The position numbers and the translations under genes were made by a program. 64,000 nt of DNA from positions 102,796,001-102,860,000 of the forward strand of contig NC_042997.1 in the NCBI RefSeq assembly GCF_006345805.1, read 5' to 3'. The DNA comes from Octopus sinensis. Taxonomy: Eukaryota. The notes beneath the pieces are model-generated. The model searched no databases and was not told the DNA's origin. It worked only from the letters and a program-made list of their open reading frames with translations. Below, piece after piece: positions 26,800-39,572 of this stretch (position 1 is its first letter; every line of letters begins with the position of its first letter).

Positions 26800-29160
26800 C
26801 TAGTTCAAAAGCAGTCTGGAAATCTTCAAGGGTGCGATATGATCCAAGTTGATAAAATCACGAATCTTAACACCCTAACACCTCTCAAACCATGCAGAAA
26901 GAAAGATGACCTCTTTACCGACTTTTAAGTGTTTATAGTAAATTGGTTCCATTATGAATTCATTAAATGAATTAGTCTCTGTCTTATTTGTAAACTTATC
27001 AAAGCATGAATACAATCATGCCAAAAATCTTTCTTGATATCTTTTACTCGGAAAAACGTTACCAAAAACAGCTAAATGTTTCAGTTTTGGGGAGGAGGCA
27101 TAGCACAAGTGTTTCTATTTCGATTCATAATTAATATGTAACAACTTTCTCATGCAAAGAGCTAACATAAGCAGAAGCTTCCACCATACCAAGTCCACCT
27201 TCTTTAACACACTTACAAGCAACAAGCAACAACTCTCTTAGTTTTATCAGGTGTTCCACTCCAGAGAAATTTTAAAATAATATTTTCTTTAATTCCTGGA
27301 GAAATTTACCCAGTGGATTTGGGAGAGTAAGGAAGAGAGAGAGAGTTCAATTTTGAAATGAGCAGTGACTTTATAACAGTAATTCTACCAGTTGGTGTAA
27401 TTATTCTTTTCATTCATCTATTGATTATGACTTGAATCTCAAATAATCTAATTTCAAAATTCTTTTTATCCATAACCTTTAAATCTATTGAAAATATTAC
27501 ACCCAGAAGCTTGAAGTGACCGGAGTTCCATTGTATATTTAAATTAAGTAAGTATCTGACTGGGCTGCTAAACACAGAGTGGACAAACAAGGACAGACAA
27601 CCAGATTAAGTCGATTATATCGACCCCAGTGCGTAACTGGTACTTATTCAATCGACCCCGAAAGGATGAAAGGCAAAGTCGACCTCGGCGGAATTTGAAC
27701 TCAGAACGTAACGGCAGACGAAATACCGCTAAGCATTTCGCCCGGCGTGCTAAAGTTTCTGCCAGCTCGCCGCCTTAATACAAGTAATAATACCTTGCCT
27801 CTGTGTCACTGGTAGATAACCCTTAGCAAAGTTATAACTGAATGACCTCAACAAGAACGGAAATAAATCTTTCCAAAGGAATTTATAAGAATCATAGATG
27901 AGCCCCATCCGAACCTGGACTTTTATTGTCCTTTGCCTTTTTTAAACATTTCAAAAGTTCGCCGTGAGTTATTGGGCCTTCCAATGAGTTAGAAACTCCC
28001 TTACTAAGCCTATACAAGTTCCCTTCAGTAAAATGTTAATCACGGTCACAATCTTTCAACACATGCTCCTTGGAAGAATACAATCTTTCGTAAATATCCT
28101 TTGTATTTTCTACATTAGATCCATTGTCTAGCTCTAACTGGGTCATGCCTTTGCTTACAAAATTCATATTTTCTAAATTGCAAAAATAACAGCTAACCTC
28201 CATTTCATCTATCCAATTGACCCTTGAGCGAATTATGATACCCTCCATTTTTGCTTTTCGAATCTCTTCTAATTTTTTCTTTTTTCCTCCAGTTCCTTGA
28301 TTTCTACAAAATTAGTTTCCAGTCGCTTAATATCATCTAGTAGATCTTGTTCTTTTTTACTCTAAATTTTTTAAGGATGAAGAGTATGAAATAGATTTCC
28401 CCCTAGTTTCCATTAACAGAGTTTCCAAAAACAAGTCATCATTTACAATAGATTCAATGCCAGGCATATTAACTCTATTAATATCTCTATCAGGTTCCAA
28501 AGACAACACTGCCAATGGTTCCCTTAACCAATGAGACATATCTTGGATCTCTTAAAAAGGAGTTATTAAATTTCCAATATGTACTTTTACGGTCGTCTTT
28601 CTTGGAAAATTTAATTTTGATGTCTAGAAGACAACGGCCTGATTTGTACCTAACCTTTATAGAAGACTGGTAAATCTAGCCTTGCTTATCTAACAGGCTT
28701 TGAACGTCTCCATGTATAGCCTTGTATTTCTGGGTTATGATCTTTTCAAACATCTACAAGGTCGAGGTCTTCCATCATATTGATCACTTGCTTTCTAGCG
28801 TTAGGATTGTTTATATGTTGATAATTGGAAGTGCCTAAAGACTGCTGCAATGGGAGTTTCCAAAGGTATTGATTTTATCTATCACCACAGCATTTGAACC
28901 ACATAAGTTAACTAAAGTTATCCTTCTCTCACAGACAGTAATACTTAACATCAAGAGATTGCTTTTGCCATCCCTGAAATTGTCATGTAGCATATAATAA
29001 ATATTATTAGAAAACAAGATGGCAACTCCTCCTGACTGCCCATTATTACTATTAAATAGTGCCTCAGTGCCCCATTCACTTCTAATAAAAGGTTCTTTTT
29101 CTTTCAAAAAGTGGGAATCTCGCAAGAAGTAGAGTTACTGATATTTTTATTGATTTTTAA
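26800..29160 (-). pseudogene. Decayed L1/Tx1-clade LINE ORF2 (endonuclease to post-RT region, RT core missing)
   Basis: Minus-strand peptides RSEWG...SGGVAILF...ITLVNL, GIIIRSRVNWIDE..YFCNLE, KSPGSDG, QRQGIITCI, FKLLGVIF and GGLGMV. Confidence 0.8.
27560..27776 (-). mobile_element. SINE family B inserted in the L1/Tx1 remnant
   Basis: Near-identical to 56430-56637. Confidence 0.8.
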
Positions 29161-30038
29161 AATTTATTTCTGTTACTGATTTAATCAAATAATCCTTTTT
29201 ATTTATTTTTTATTATAACTAATTTTTATTTTTCATATTCCACACACCACAGACACCACACACACATACGTACACACGTACACACACACCACACACGCAC
29301 GCTCGTTCGCACACATAATACCCACACCCTTGACTACACCAACGCATACTCACACACTCCACCTCACCTTCTCTCCCTCTCACGCACGCACACACACATA
29401 CATACATGCATGCACACACACACACGTACACATACGCACGCACATATACATGAACACACATATACCGTCATACACACAACCATCCACACACACGCAACCC
29501 GTCCCACACACAACCCTCCACACACACACAGAAATTGACACACCCACTCCTTTACACACCTGTCACTATAGCAGCTGACCTCTCATGGCGACATTGATAC
29601 ACACGCAATTAAATTCTATCACACACACACACAGACACACACAGATACGCACACACACACACAGACACACACAGATACGCACGCACACACACAGACACAC
29701 ACAGATACGCACACACACACACTACTCACACAAACACATACACAGTTAACACAAACACACACAGTTAATATCACACACACACATATACTACTCATACAAA
29801 CACATACAGTTAACACAAACACACACATTTAATACCACATACACACACACACACACACACCACACACGCACACACACACAGTAACCATGCACACACACTC
29901 ACACACACACAGTAACCATGCACACACACTCACACATACTTTCTAAAATTCTGACTACCTCCTTTTTCTCAATGTACAATATATGTACATCACTTCAAAA
30001 GCTCTTTACATACACACACACATACATACATACATACA

Positions 30039-30072
<34 letters not shown>

Positions 30073-30110
30073 CATACATACATACATACATATATACATA
30101 CATACATACA

Positions 30111-30144
<34 letters not shown>

Positions 30145-30305
30145 CATACATACATACATATATACATACATACATACATACATACATACATACATACATA
30201 CATACATACATACATACATACATACATACATACATACACACCTGTATGTATATATATATATATATATAAAAACTAGGAGAAGAGAAATAACGCGTGCGTT
30301 CGGTC

Positions 30306-30414
30306 ATATAGTAATATAATAAATAAATAAAATATATGCATATATACATATATGTACATACTTACATCTACATATATATGTACTCATATATAATATATAT
30401 ATATATATATATAT

Positions 30415-30453
<39 letters not shown>

Positions 30454-30762
30454 TACAGGACACCACAAATAAACGTAGAACACAACGAGAGACGAGAACA
30501 TAAAATCAAACAAGGACTTTTTTTAAACAACGAAAAAACAGAGTACAGGACAAACAATACAAGGAAAATTCCCCTTCATCAGCTGTCGAAACACCTTTGA
30601 AACACACTTTGAGTCGAACCAGGGACAGCTGATGAAGGGGAATTTTCCTTGTATTGTTTGTCCTGTACTCTGTTTTTTCGTTGTTTAAAAAAGTCCGTTT
30701 CCTTGTTTGATTTTATGTTCTCGTCTCTCGTTGTGTTCTACGTTTATTTGTGGTGTCCTGTA

Positions 30763-30856
<94 letters not shown>

Positions 30857-30896
30857 TGTATATATACATGTAGATGTAAGTATGTACATATATATA
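30306..30896. repeat. Large fold-back inverted repeat (right arm resumes at 36587-36637 after the LINE)
   Basis: Inner arms about 30447-30587 and 30624-30770 with a 36 nt loop. The outer arms (tgtacatacttacatctaca and its complement) also pair. Confidence 0.88.
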
Positions 30897-31475
30897 CAAG
30901 ATAGCGCTGAACTAACAACAAGTGTGTTAACGTGTCTCTCCTAAATATTAAAGAAGTCCCTCCAGAGATCGATGTTATCAGAAGCGAAATTGTCTGCAAA
31001 GCGAATATAAGTGAAAGTACAACAAGTCACTGTATTTGAGAAGAATATTTTCGCTTTTGATATAATATTTTGCAACTAGAACATACTCGCGAATACACGT
31101 GTTAAAACGCACGTGTGTTACTTTCCCGAAATCGAAGTGAATTTTATTCTTCGTCTGTGAATCAACAAGACACAGGATATTTTCGTTTTTGATGTATATC
31201 TGCGTGTTATGAAAAAAGCCTCTGAAAAATTTGCTGCTTAATACCAAATCGCTTAGGAAAATACAGAAAGTATTCCTCAAACTGTTGCATGTGCTAAATC
31301 GAAACTCAAATCCCTTTTGTTTACAAAATAAGGAATATAAAAGGACTGTCTTGTCTATCTATCTTCCTTTCTCATAAAAAGGAATCGCGTAAGTATTCTC
31401 TCAGCCGGTAAGGTAAGGAAGATATTATTTATTTTGTTATCATTAGTGTTCTTTCAAACAGAAAATAATAATATA

Positions 31476-31740
31476 TCTATGTGTATGTATATGTGTGTGT
31501 TAAAAGTATAGTCGCAATTAGTTTTTATTTTAGAAGACATTGTCTGTAGCGACGGACAAATATATATTTTCTTTTCTCTTTTTCTCTGCTTAAATTCTGT
31601 AAAATCTCTATGTGTATGTATATGTGTGTGTTAAAAGTATAGTCGCAATTAGTTTTTATTTTAGAAGACATTGTCTGTAGCGACGGACAAATACATATTT
31701 TCTTTTCTCTTTTTCTCTGCTTAAATTCTGTAAAATCTCT
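31476..31740 (+). repeat. Tandem duplication, 2 x 131 bp, in the putative LINE 5' UTR
   Basis: gtgtatgtatatgtg... recurs at 31481 and 31612. Confidence 0.9.
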
Positions 31741-31964
31741 TGGATTGTTTTCTTTCAGCTATTTCATTATTATTATTATTGTTTCTTTATATACTCACTT
31801 GGTACTACTGTTTATATATGTGCATGTGCACACATGTGTATATGTGTGTATATGTATGTATGTATACGCGTGTATGTGTGTGTACAAATAGCTTCGCTTA
31901 GAATTCTCCCCTCTCTCTCTCTCTCTGTCTGTCTCTTCAGTTCTCTCCCTCACGCTTCTCCTTG

Positions 31965-32548
31965 TCTCTTCATAACTCTCATTCTATCTTACTCCCCTCT
32001 TTCAAATATATAAATTCTCTCTATATTTCTTCCTTCTCTCCCTATCTCTTCAGTTTCTCTCCAGCTTCTCCTTGTCTCTCCATTACTCTCTTCTATCTCT
32101 TCAGTTTCTCTCCCGCTTCTCCTTGTCTCTCCATTACTCTCTTCTAACTTACTCTCCTCTCTCGGATACATATAAGGACATAGACGCTTTCTCTCTCTTC
32201 CTTCAGCTCTCAGTCTCTCCTCTTCCTCTTCTCTCTTACTCTCGGCTCCCAATTTCTCTTCATAACTCTCATTCTATCTTACTCCCCTCTTTCAAATATA
32301 TAAATTCTCTCTATATTTCTTCCTTCTCTCCCTATCTCTTCAGTTTCTCTCCCGCTTCTCCTTGTCTCTCCATTACTCTCTTCTATCTCTTCAGTTTCTC
32401 TCCCGCTTCTCCTTGTCTCTCCATTACTCTCTTCTAACTTACTCTCCTCTCTCGGATACATATAAGGACATAGACGCTTTCTCTCTCTTCCTTCAGCTCT
32501 CATTCTCTCCTCTTCCTCTTCTCTCTTACTCTCGGCTCCCAATTTCTC
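31965..32548 (+). repeat. Pyrimidine-rich tandem duplication, 2 x 290 bp, in the putative LINE 5' UTR
   Basis: attctatcttactcccc recurs at 31981 and 32271, with internal subrepeats of about 50 bp. Confidence 0.9.
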
Positions 32549-32666
32549 CTTAAGTACATAGACGCTCCCTTTCTCTACTTCCTCCCTACCCCCTATTGCA
32601 CTATTAGACTAATATAAATTAATATAATATAATTAGATAGACAGATAGATAGATAAAATATCAAGA

Positions 32667-33557
32667 ATGTCCAGAATCTGGAAACGTGACGAACTGGCGT
32701 GGTTCCTGCGAGGATGGCAATGCGCTGACGGAGAAAATCCAAATAATATAATTACGGCTGCGCTGAAGAACAACGGATACAAAAGGACGTCAGCTCAAAT
32801 AGAGCGGAAGAAGCAAGAATTTATACGCTCCTACGCACTTGTCAGATCGCACATTAACACGCTGGATGCCATTTTTGACAGCGAAAAACGCGAACAAAGT
32901 AAAGATGGCAAGGATAGAGACGCGAGCGCTGATGAAGAGGGTCACCCCCACCTGGTAGACGCCCAGGAAGAAAACTCCAGTGAGAAGCCTGCCCGGGAGA
33001 TGAACCCAGGTGCGGATGCTCCTACCAGCACCAAAAGCCATGGACATGGAGGTGAAAAAACCAAAAAAGGAAGAAAAACTGAAGCTAAAACACAGACAAA
33101 GCCAAGGGGCAAGGCAGCCAGGGATAGAGGCAAACCTAACTATCCATATGCCAAAAAGGATGGAAACGGGCAGCGCACACGGGTATGTAGGTTCTACCTG
33201 AAAGGTGCCTGCCGGCATGGAGAGGAGGGTGCAGGCTGCCGCTTTGCACATCAGGGACCCTGCCACAGAAACCAACCACCGAAAGGAAATGGGATGGACC
33301 ACGCATCACCTGCCCCAAAACGGAGGTACGCAGACGTGGTGCGTACCACAAACCACCAACGTGTTGTTGAAAGGGCAGCTGCTGAGCAGGAATCTTTTTT
33401 GTGCATGGCACAAAAGATTGTACAGCAGCTAACCTGGCTCCATCAGGCTCAGGCTCGCAGATGGAACTGCCCACAGTTCACAAGACCGCCACAGCAGATG
33501 GACCCAGGGTGGACACCGCCGGCAACAGCATACACCTCACCTCGATGCTCCTACTGA
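32667..33557 (+). CDS. LINE ORF1: trihelix Myb/SANT-like N-terminus plus CCCH zinc finger
   Basis: 296 aa open frame directly upstream of ORF2, containing WKRDELAWFL...NGYKRTSAQIERK and CRFYLKGACRHGEEGAGCRFAH. Confidence 0.8.
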   Translation: MSRIWKRDELAWFLRGWQCADGENPNNIITAALKNNGYKRTSAQIERKKQEFIRSYALVRSHINTLDAIFDSEKREQSKDGKDRDASADEEGHPHLVDAQEENSSEKPAREMNPGADAPTSTKSHGHGGEKTKKGRKTEAKTQTKPRGKAARDRGKPNYPYAKKDGNGQRTRVCRFYLKGACRHGEEGAGCRFAHQGPCHRNQPPKGNGMDHASPAPKRRYADVVRTTNHQRVVERAAAEQESFLCMAQKIVQQLTWLHQAQARRWNCPQFTRPPQQMDPGWTPPATAYTSPRCSY

Positions 33558-36497
33558 ACATCAGAGGACTACTAACACACAGTAACAGGACAAAAGTCCC
33601 GTTCCTGAGAGACTTTGTCGCATGCAATCAAGCCTTATGCATAGCACTCACAGAAACGCATCTGAAACCGGACATAGCAGATGCGGAATTACACATACCA
33701 CAGTATGTTGTACTACGGACCGACAGGAAAGAAAGGAGTCATGGAGGAGTTGCTATGTACATCCGTGGGGACCTCACACCCCAGGTCCTTTTGTCATACT
33801 CAAACTCGGTGTGTGACACACTAATTGAACACATAAGGCAACTTGATGTAGTTGTGTGTGCTACATATCGCCCTCCAGATGCCCCAAGTCATATGGGCAA
33901 GTTTGAGGACTGCCTTTTAAAAATAGAAGAAGTTCTAATCACATTAGAACAACACATAAGTGTACTTCTCATGGGAGACTTCAATCTACCCAATGTCAGA
34001 TGGCCCGAGGGCCTTTCTCTCCCAGGAATGACAAGATGTGAACGAGGACAGGCGAGGTCCCTCCTGAACCTCATCAACACCCTGTACATGGAGCAAGTAA
34101 TACTCCAACCAACCAGAGCAGGTAACACACTGGATCTCTGCTTCACAAATAATATGGATCTCATCCATAATGTGAAAGTGACACCGACACTACTCTCGGA
34201 TCACAACATGGTAGAGCTGACCATGTACGGGCCAAAAGAGAGCACGGACATGCAGCCTACAAGAAACCCTCAGAATCTTTCCAGGTTGAACTTCAATAAG
34301 GCAAACTGGAATCAAATTGAGAAAGAGATCCTCAAACAAAACTGGCCTGAATGTCTCTCCTCGCCGGACATCGACATGATACTTCAACAATTCATGTCTG
34401 TAATGCAAGCCATATGCTACAAATGTGTCCCAGAGAGAAAGGCCACTGTACACAAGAACAAAATCCCCAGAGAGAGGAAAATTTTAATGAGACGGCGTAC
34501 AAAAATTTCAAATCGCCTAAACAAACAAACTGAAAGCAGTGAAAAGTCCCGCCTGAAAATAAAACTGTTAGAAATTGAAAATTGTCTGCAACTCTCCCAT
34601 GAGAAGGAGAGAGCAGACAAAGAAGCCTGGGCTATAGACAACATAAAAACTAACCCCAGAGCTTTCTACAGGTATGCCAAAGAAACAGCTACGGTGCACT
34701 GTAGGATAGGGCCACTCCTTGAAAAGGATGGCACACTCACAGGAAAACCAATGAGGGTAAGTGAAATTCTGAATGAACAATTCAAGAGTGTTTTCACCCC
34801 ACCCCTTGGGCATTTCCAAATCAGCAATCCAACTGACTTCTTTACCACTGCAGATATAGAATCAGAGGCGGCGACGATAGATTACATCGATATAAAGGAA
34901 GACGATGTAATAAAGGCTATAGATGAAATGAAAACAGACTCAGCTATTGGCCCCGATGGATTCCCGGCAGTCCTCCTAAAAGTATGTAAGAGAGTCCTAG
35001 CAAGACCACTGCAGTTCCTCTTTCAGAGCTTCCTTGCAGCTGGCAAACTTCCAAGAAAACTGAAGGAAGGTAAAATATGCCCTATTCATAAAGGAGGTAG
35101 CAGAGCGGAGGCCAAGAACTACAGACCTATCTCTCTGACCTCACACATCAGCAAGGTCATGGAACAAATAGTCAGAAGGAAGCTGATCACCTTCCTTGAA
35201 GAGAATGACTTGCTGCCCGACACCCAACATGGTTTCCGACCAGGGAGAAGCTGCTTAACTCAGCTCCTGCAGCACTATGACTGGGTGCTGAAACAACTGC
35301 TCAATCACTCAAATGTAGAAGTCATATATCTCGACTTCGCAAAGGCCTTCGATAAAGTCGATCATGGAATGATATGTCACAAACTGCGTGATCTTGGCAT
35401 AGTTGGAAAACTAGGAGAATGGCTTCATGACTTTCTAAAGAATAGAAGTCAGGTGGTAGCAGCCAATGGGGCCACTTCCATTAGCACGCAAATTGTGAGC
35501 GGTGTTCCACAGGGCACTGTTTTGGGATCACTACTGTTCATAATGGCCCTCTCAGACATGCCCTCAGCCACGCGGAGAGCCACGATCACATGTTATGCAG
35601 ATGATACAAAAGTTTCACAGGCAATACAGAACCCTGAAGACACTAAGCACCTGCAATGTGAGCTGGACGAAATATACAAGTGGGCTGAAAAGAATAGCAT
35701 GCAGTTCAATGCTGAAAAGTTTCAAGCTTTATACTATCAGCATGCAAAACTGAATGCAATACCCAATGAATACACTGGACCCGGAGGGATTGCAATCCCA
35801 GAGGCACAATCAGTGCGTGACCTGGGTATTCACATGAGTGATGACGCGACCTTTCATGTACATGTTGCTAAACTGACAATGAAATGCAGACGGCTGGCTG
35901 GATGGATTCTTAGAACCTTTAGAACAAGAAACCATGATGGTCCTCTGGAAGACACTTGTCCTAAGCCACTTTGACTATTGCTCTCAGCTATGGTCACCAT
36001 CCAGTGTCAAGTTGATCACAGAACTTGAGGCGATCCAACGAAGCTACACGAAGAAGATAGCCTCTGTGCAGCATACGAGCTACTGGGAGAGACTCAAGAG
36101 ATTAAAGCTCTATTCCCTGGAGCGTAGGCGAGAAAGATATGCCATAATATATATCTGGAAGATCCTGGAAGGTCTTGTCCCAGACTTTGGCATCGAGAGT
36201 CACACAAACGCCAGAACCGGACGCCACTGCGTAGTACCAAGGACTCCAAATTTGCCATCAAGGTGTAGGACAAGATATTGTGATAGCCTGGGCTTCAGAG
36301 GCCCACGGCTCTTCAATGTCCTCCCGAAGAACCTGAGGGACCTGCATGGTGTAGATGCGGATGTCTTTAAAGTAGGACTGGATCTCTTCCTGTCAGGTGT
36401 CCCGGATGAACCAACTTCACGGCAGGAGGTGCAGATGAGGGCAGCTGCATCGAACTCTCTCATGCATCAGATGGCGTTTGCTAAAAAGCATCCGTGA
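33545..36497 (+). pseudogene. LINE ORF2 (APE endonuclease plus reverse transcriptase), one frameshift near 35930
   Basis: Motifs LNIRGL, LTETHL, GDFN, SDHN, YRPISL, YLDFAKAFD, GVPQG and YADD. Continues in the 35934-36497 frame (YSLERRRERY). The likely start ATG at 33545 overlaps the ORF1 stop. Confidence 0.9.
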
Positions 36498-36656
36498 GGT
36501 AAACCTGTGTAGCAAACCAAATGGCGGTGCCCCAGCATGGCCACAGCTCATTAGCTGAAACTGGAAAAAATCAAAATCAAATCAAATATATGTATGTATA
36601 TATGCATATATTTTATTTATTTATTATATTACTATATATATATATATATATGTATA

Positions 36657-37008
36657 GGCGCGGGAGTGGCTGTGTGGTAAGTAGCTTGCTAACCAACCAC
36701 ATGGTTCCGGGTTCAGTCCCACTACGTGGCATCTTGGGCAAGTGTCTTCTGCTATAGCCCCGGGCTGACTAATGCCTTGTGAGTGGATTTGGTAGATGGA
36801 AACTGAAAGAAGCCTGTCGTATATATGTATATATATATGTATATATATGTGTGTGTGTGTTTGCGTCCCCGTCACTTAGCGGTTCGGCAAAAAGTCACCG
36901 ATAGAATAAGTACTGGGCTTACAAAGAATAAGTCCTGGGGTCGATTTGCTCGACTAAAGGCGGTGCTCCAGCATGGCCGCAGTCAAATGACTGAAACAAG
37001 TAAAAGAG
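36657..37008 (+). mobile_element. SINE family A
   Basis: Head ggagtggctgtgtggtaag...gggttcagtccc, CORE-like cttgggcaagtgtctt, and tail ggcggtgctccagcatggccgcagtcaaatgactgaaac. Confidence 0.85.
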
Positions 37009-37040
37009 AATATATATATACATATGCATATATACATACA

Positions 37041-37087
<47 letters not shown>

Positions 37088-37125
37088 CATATATATTGGA
37101 AGGTTTGGAGATGATGTACAGGTAT

Positions 37126-38366
37126 TATATATTAGAAGAAATGAGATATTTATTTATATATTACATTTTTTACATTTATATATCATATCATTCAGATCAT
37201 ATCATTCAGATTATTAGCGCTTTCTCCCATTCTAGTGGAGTTTTCAAATCAAATTAATTCCTTTGTGGGGAATTTAATCATTTTATAGAGTTTCGTAGTT
37301 GTGGGGAGGAATAAGACAGTACAAGAGGGTGAAGTTGATGAGGAGGAAGTGAGAGAGAGAACATGTGTGTATGTGTATGTGTATGTGTGTGTGTGTGTGT
37401 GTGTTTGTATCTGAGGCTAAAGAGAAAGAGGGGAAGGGAGAGGGAAGAAGAAGAAGGATTTCCTTTGGTCTGCTGGACCCCTAAGGGAGTTCTAAGAATT
37501 TTAGCCATTTGTCTATTTTGGTGTCACTGAGTCTGTGTTGGTGGGTAGGCAGGCCATAAATTACACCTTTTATGATTTTGAGGATGGTCAAATACCTCTT
37601 CTACTTTGTATGATCGTTTTGTGGAGGTGTGTGTGTGTGTGTCTCTGTGTGTCCGTGTGTGTTTGTGTGCGTGTGTTTGTGTGTCTCTGTGTGTTTGGAG
37701 AGGGGGAGAGAGACAAAAAGAGAAAAGGGAAAATAAAAATAAAAATAAAAATAAAAATAAGGGAGGAAATGGAGAAGAAAAAAAATTTTTTGTGTGTTGA
37801 TATTTATACCACTACATATATATACACAGACTTATACATAAAGTATTTGAAAAAAATCCTTTTATCGGTTCAAAATGAACAACCAAATTACACCATCTTG
37901 AAAATTGTATATCATAGGAAAGTTAAAATTAAAGTGACAATTAAAAAGTAAAGATGGAAGTAAATATAAAGATAATAATATAATGTATATAACAGGCAAT
38001 ATATATATATATATACATACACAGATATATATATATACACACATACAGACATATACTAAATGTTCTACTATATTAGATTGTAAATCGAAAGATGCGTCCT
38101 TCAATGTCACTATATATCTATAGATATACATGCTTACACATAAAATATTTAGAAAAAATATTCTTATTCCTCCTCACAACTACGAAACTCTATAAAATGA
38201 TTAAATTACCCACAAAGGAATTAATTTGATTTGAAAACCCCACTAGAATGGGAGAAAGCGCTAATAATCTGAATGATATGATATATATATATATATATGT
38301 AAAAAACGTAATATATAAATAATATCTATAAATATGAACCATCCGATCTTCTGATTACCTCATTTC

Positions 38367-38378
<12 letters not shown>
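37126..38378. repeat. (TA)n-flanked element with about 190 bp inverted arms
   Basis: 37126-37316 is the reverse complement of 38162-38378 (cagattattagcgctttctcccattctagtgg and its complement). Confidence 0.85.
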
Positions 38379-38460
<82 letters not shown>

Positions 38461-38925
38461 ATATATATATGAGATCTTTCAAAATGAATTGAATGTATTG
38501 TGAATATACATTGCTTAAAAAGAGAGGTCGTTTTTAGCAAACAAAATACAACAGCGATTAGCACTAGGGCCAGTGCTAGTAAAAGAATAAAAGAATATAT
38601 ATATTATTTTATTCTTTTACTTGTTTCAGTCAAAGAATAAGTCCTGGGGCCATACTGGAGCATCGCCTTTAGTCGAGAAAATCGACCCCAGGACTTATTC
38701 TTTGTAAGCCTAGCTTATTCTATCGCTCATTTTTGTCGAACCGCTATATTACGGGGGCGTAAATACACCAGCATCGATTGTCAAGCGATTTTGGGAGGAC
38801 AGCGTATGCTCGAAGCGTAAAAGACTTTTTCGATTCCCGAGCGTTATACTAATACATCTGTTGTTTTCTACACCACCTGTCTTCGTCTCTTGTTTTTTTC
38901 GTGAATTCTCCCCATACATACATAC

Positions 38926-38975
<50 letters not shown>

Positions 38976-39202
38976 TCCCCACACACACAACCTCTACGCA
39001 TACACACACACACTGCAAACAAAACACACACACAATACATATACATACACGCACACACACATACTTCAAACTACCAGTACCTCCCACTGACCATTCTTCT
39101 ACGCAAATGGGTAGGTAAACACAAGAGCCACACCTACTATCATTCTTCCTATGACCTTAAATGGTACTAAGCCCAACCACACACATATTTTAACAGCCAC
39201 AA

Positions 39203-39277
<75 letters not shown>

Positions 39278-39450
39278 CTGCGCGCACGCACATATCCACA
39301 CTTACACACACATACCTCTTGCACTCTCCTGTTTTGAAAGAAGTTTTTCTTCACCTATTCCCTCCCGGTCATTCAGTATGTGACCGCGTGTGTATCGTTG
39401 GCGATTTTTTTCCCTCCGTCTCCTCTTCCTTGGATCTTTCCTTTTCCTAT

Positions 39451-39485
39451 ATTTCTGACGAAGAGCTCCGCCCGAAACGTTAAAT
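39451..39485 (+). ncRNA. Degenerate minimal hammerhead ribozyme candidate in a Penelope-like tail
   Basis: ATTT-CTGACGA-A-GAGC-TCC-GCCC-GAAAC-GTT-AAAT. Helix I has 4 bp and helix II has one mismatch. Confidence 0.5.
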
Positions 39486-39572
39486 CCTTCTTCTATACTT
39501 GTTTCACGTTCTCGCGTTGTTGTGTTTTCATGTTTGGATTAACTTTGTATATATATATATATATATAGATTC

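Larger units (their letters stand above)
30897..36586 (+). mobile_element. Near full-length APE-RT LINE (CR1/L2-like group), about 5.7 kb
   Basis: ORF1 plus ORF2 and an (ATCAA)n-type tail. Boundaries are defined by the interruption of the inverted-repeat arm, with a possible short TATA target duplication. Confidence 0.85.

Noticed and set aside
30611-30645. CTGATGA in the 30.6 kb hairpin as a hammerhead
   Set aside because: No correctly placed GAAA or helices could be built.
31962-32553. Repeated ORFs in the pyrimidine-rich tandem, or a CRISPR-like array
   Set aside because: It is a simple 290 bp duplication with no unique spacers, in eukaryotic context.
33401-33544. Upstream extension of ORF2 in the ORF track
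   Set aside because: It overlaps ORF1 and starts at a non-ATG codon. The endonuclease motif begins at ATG 33545.
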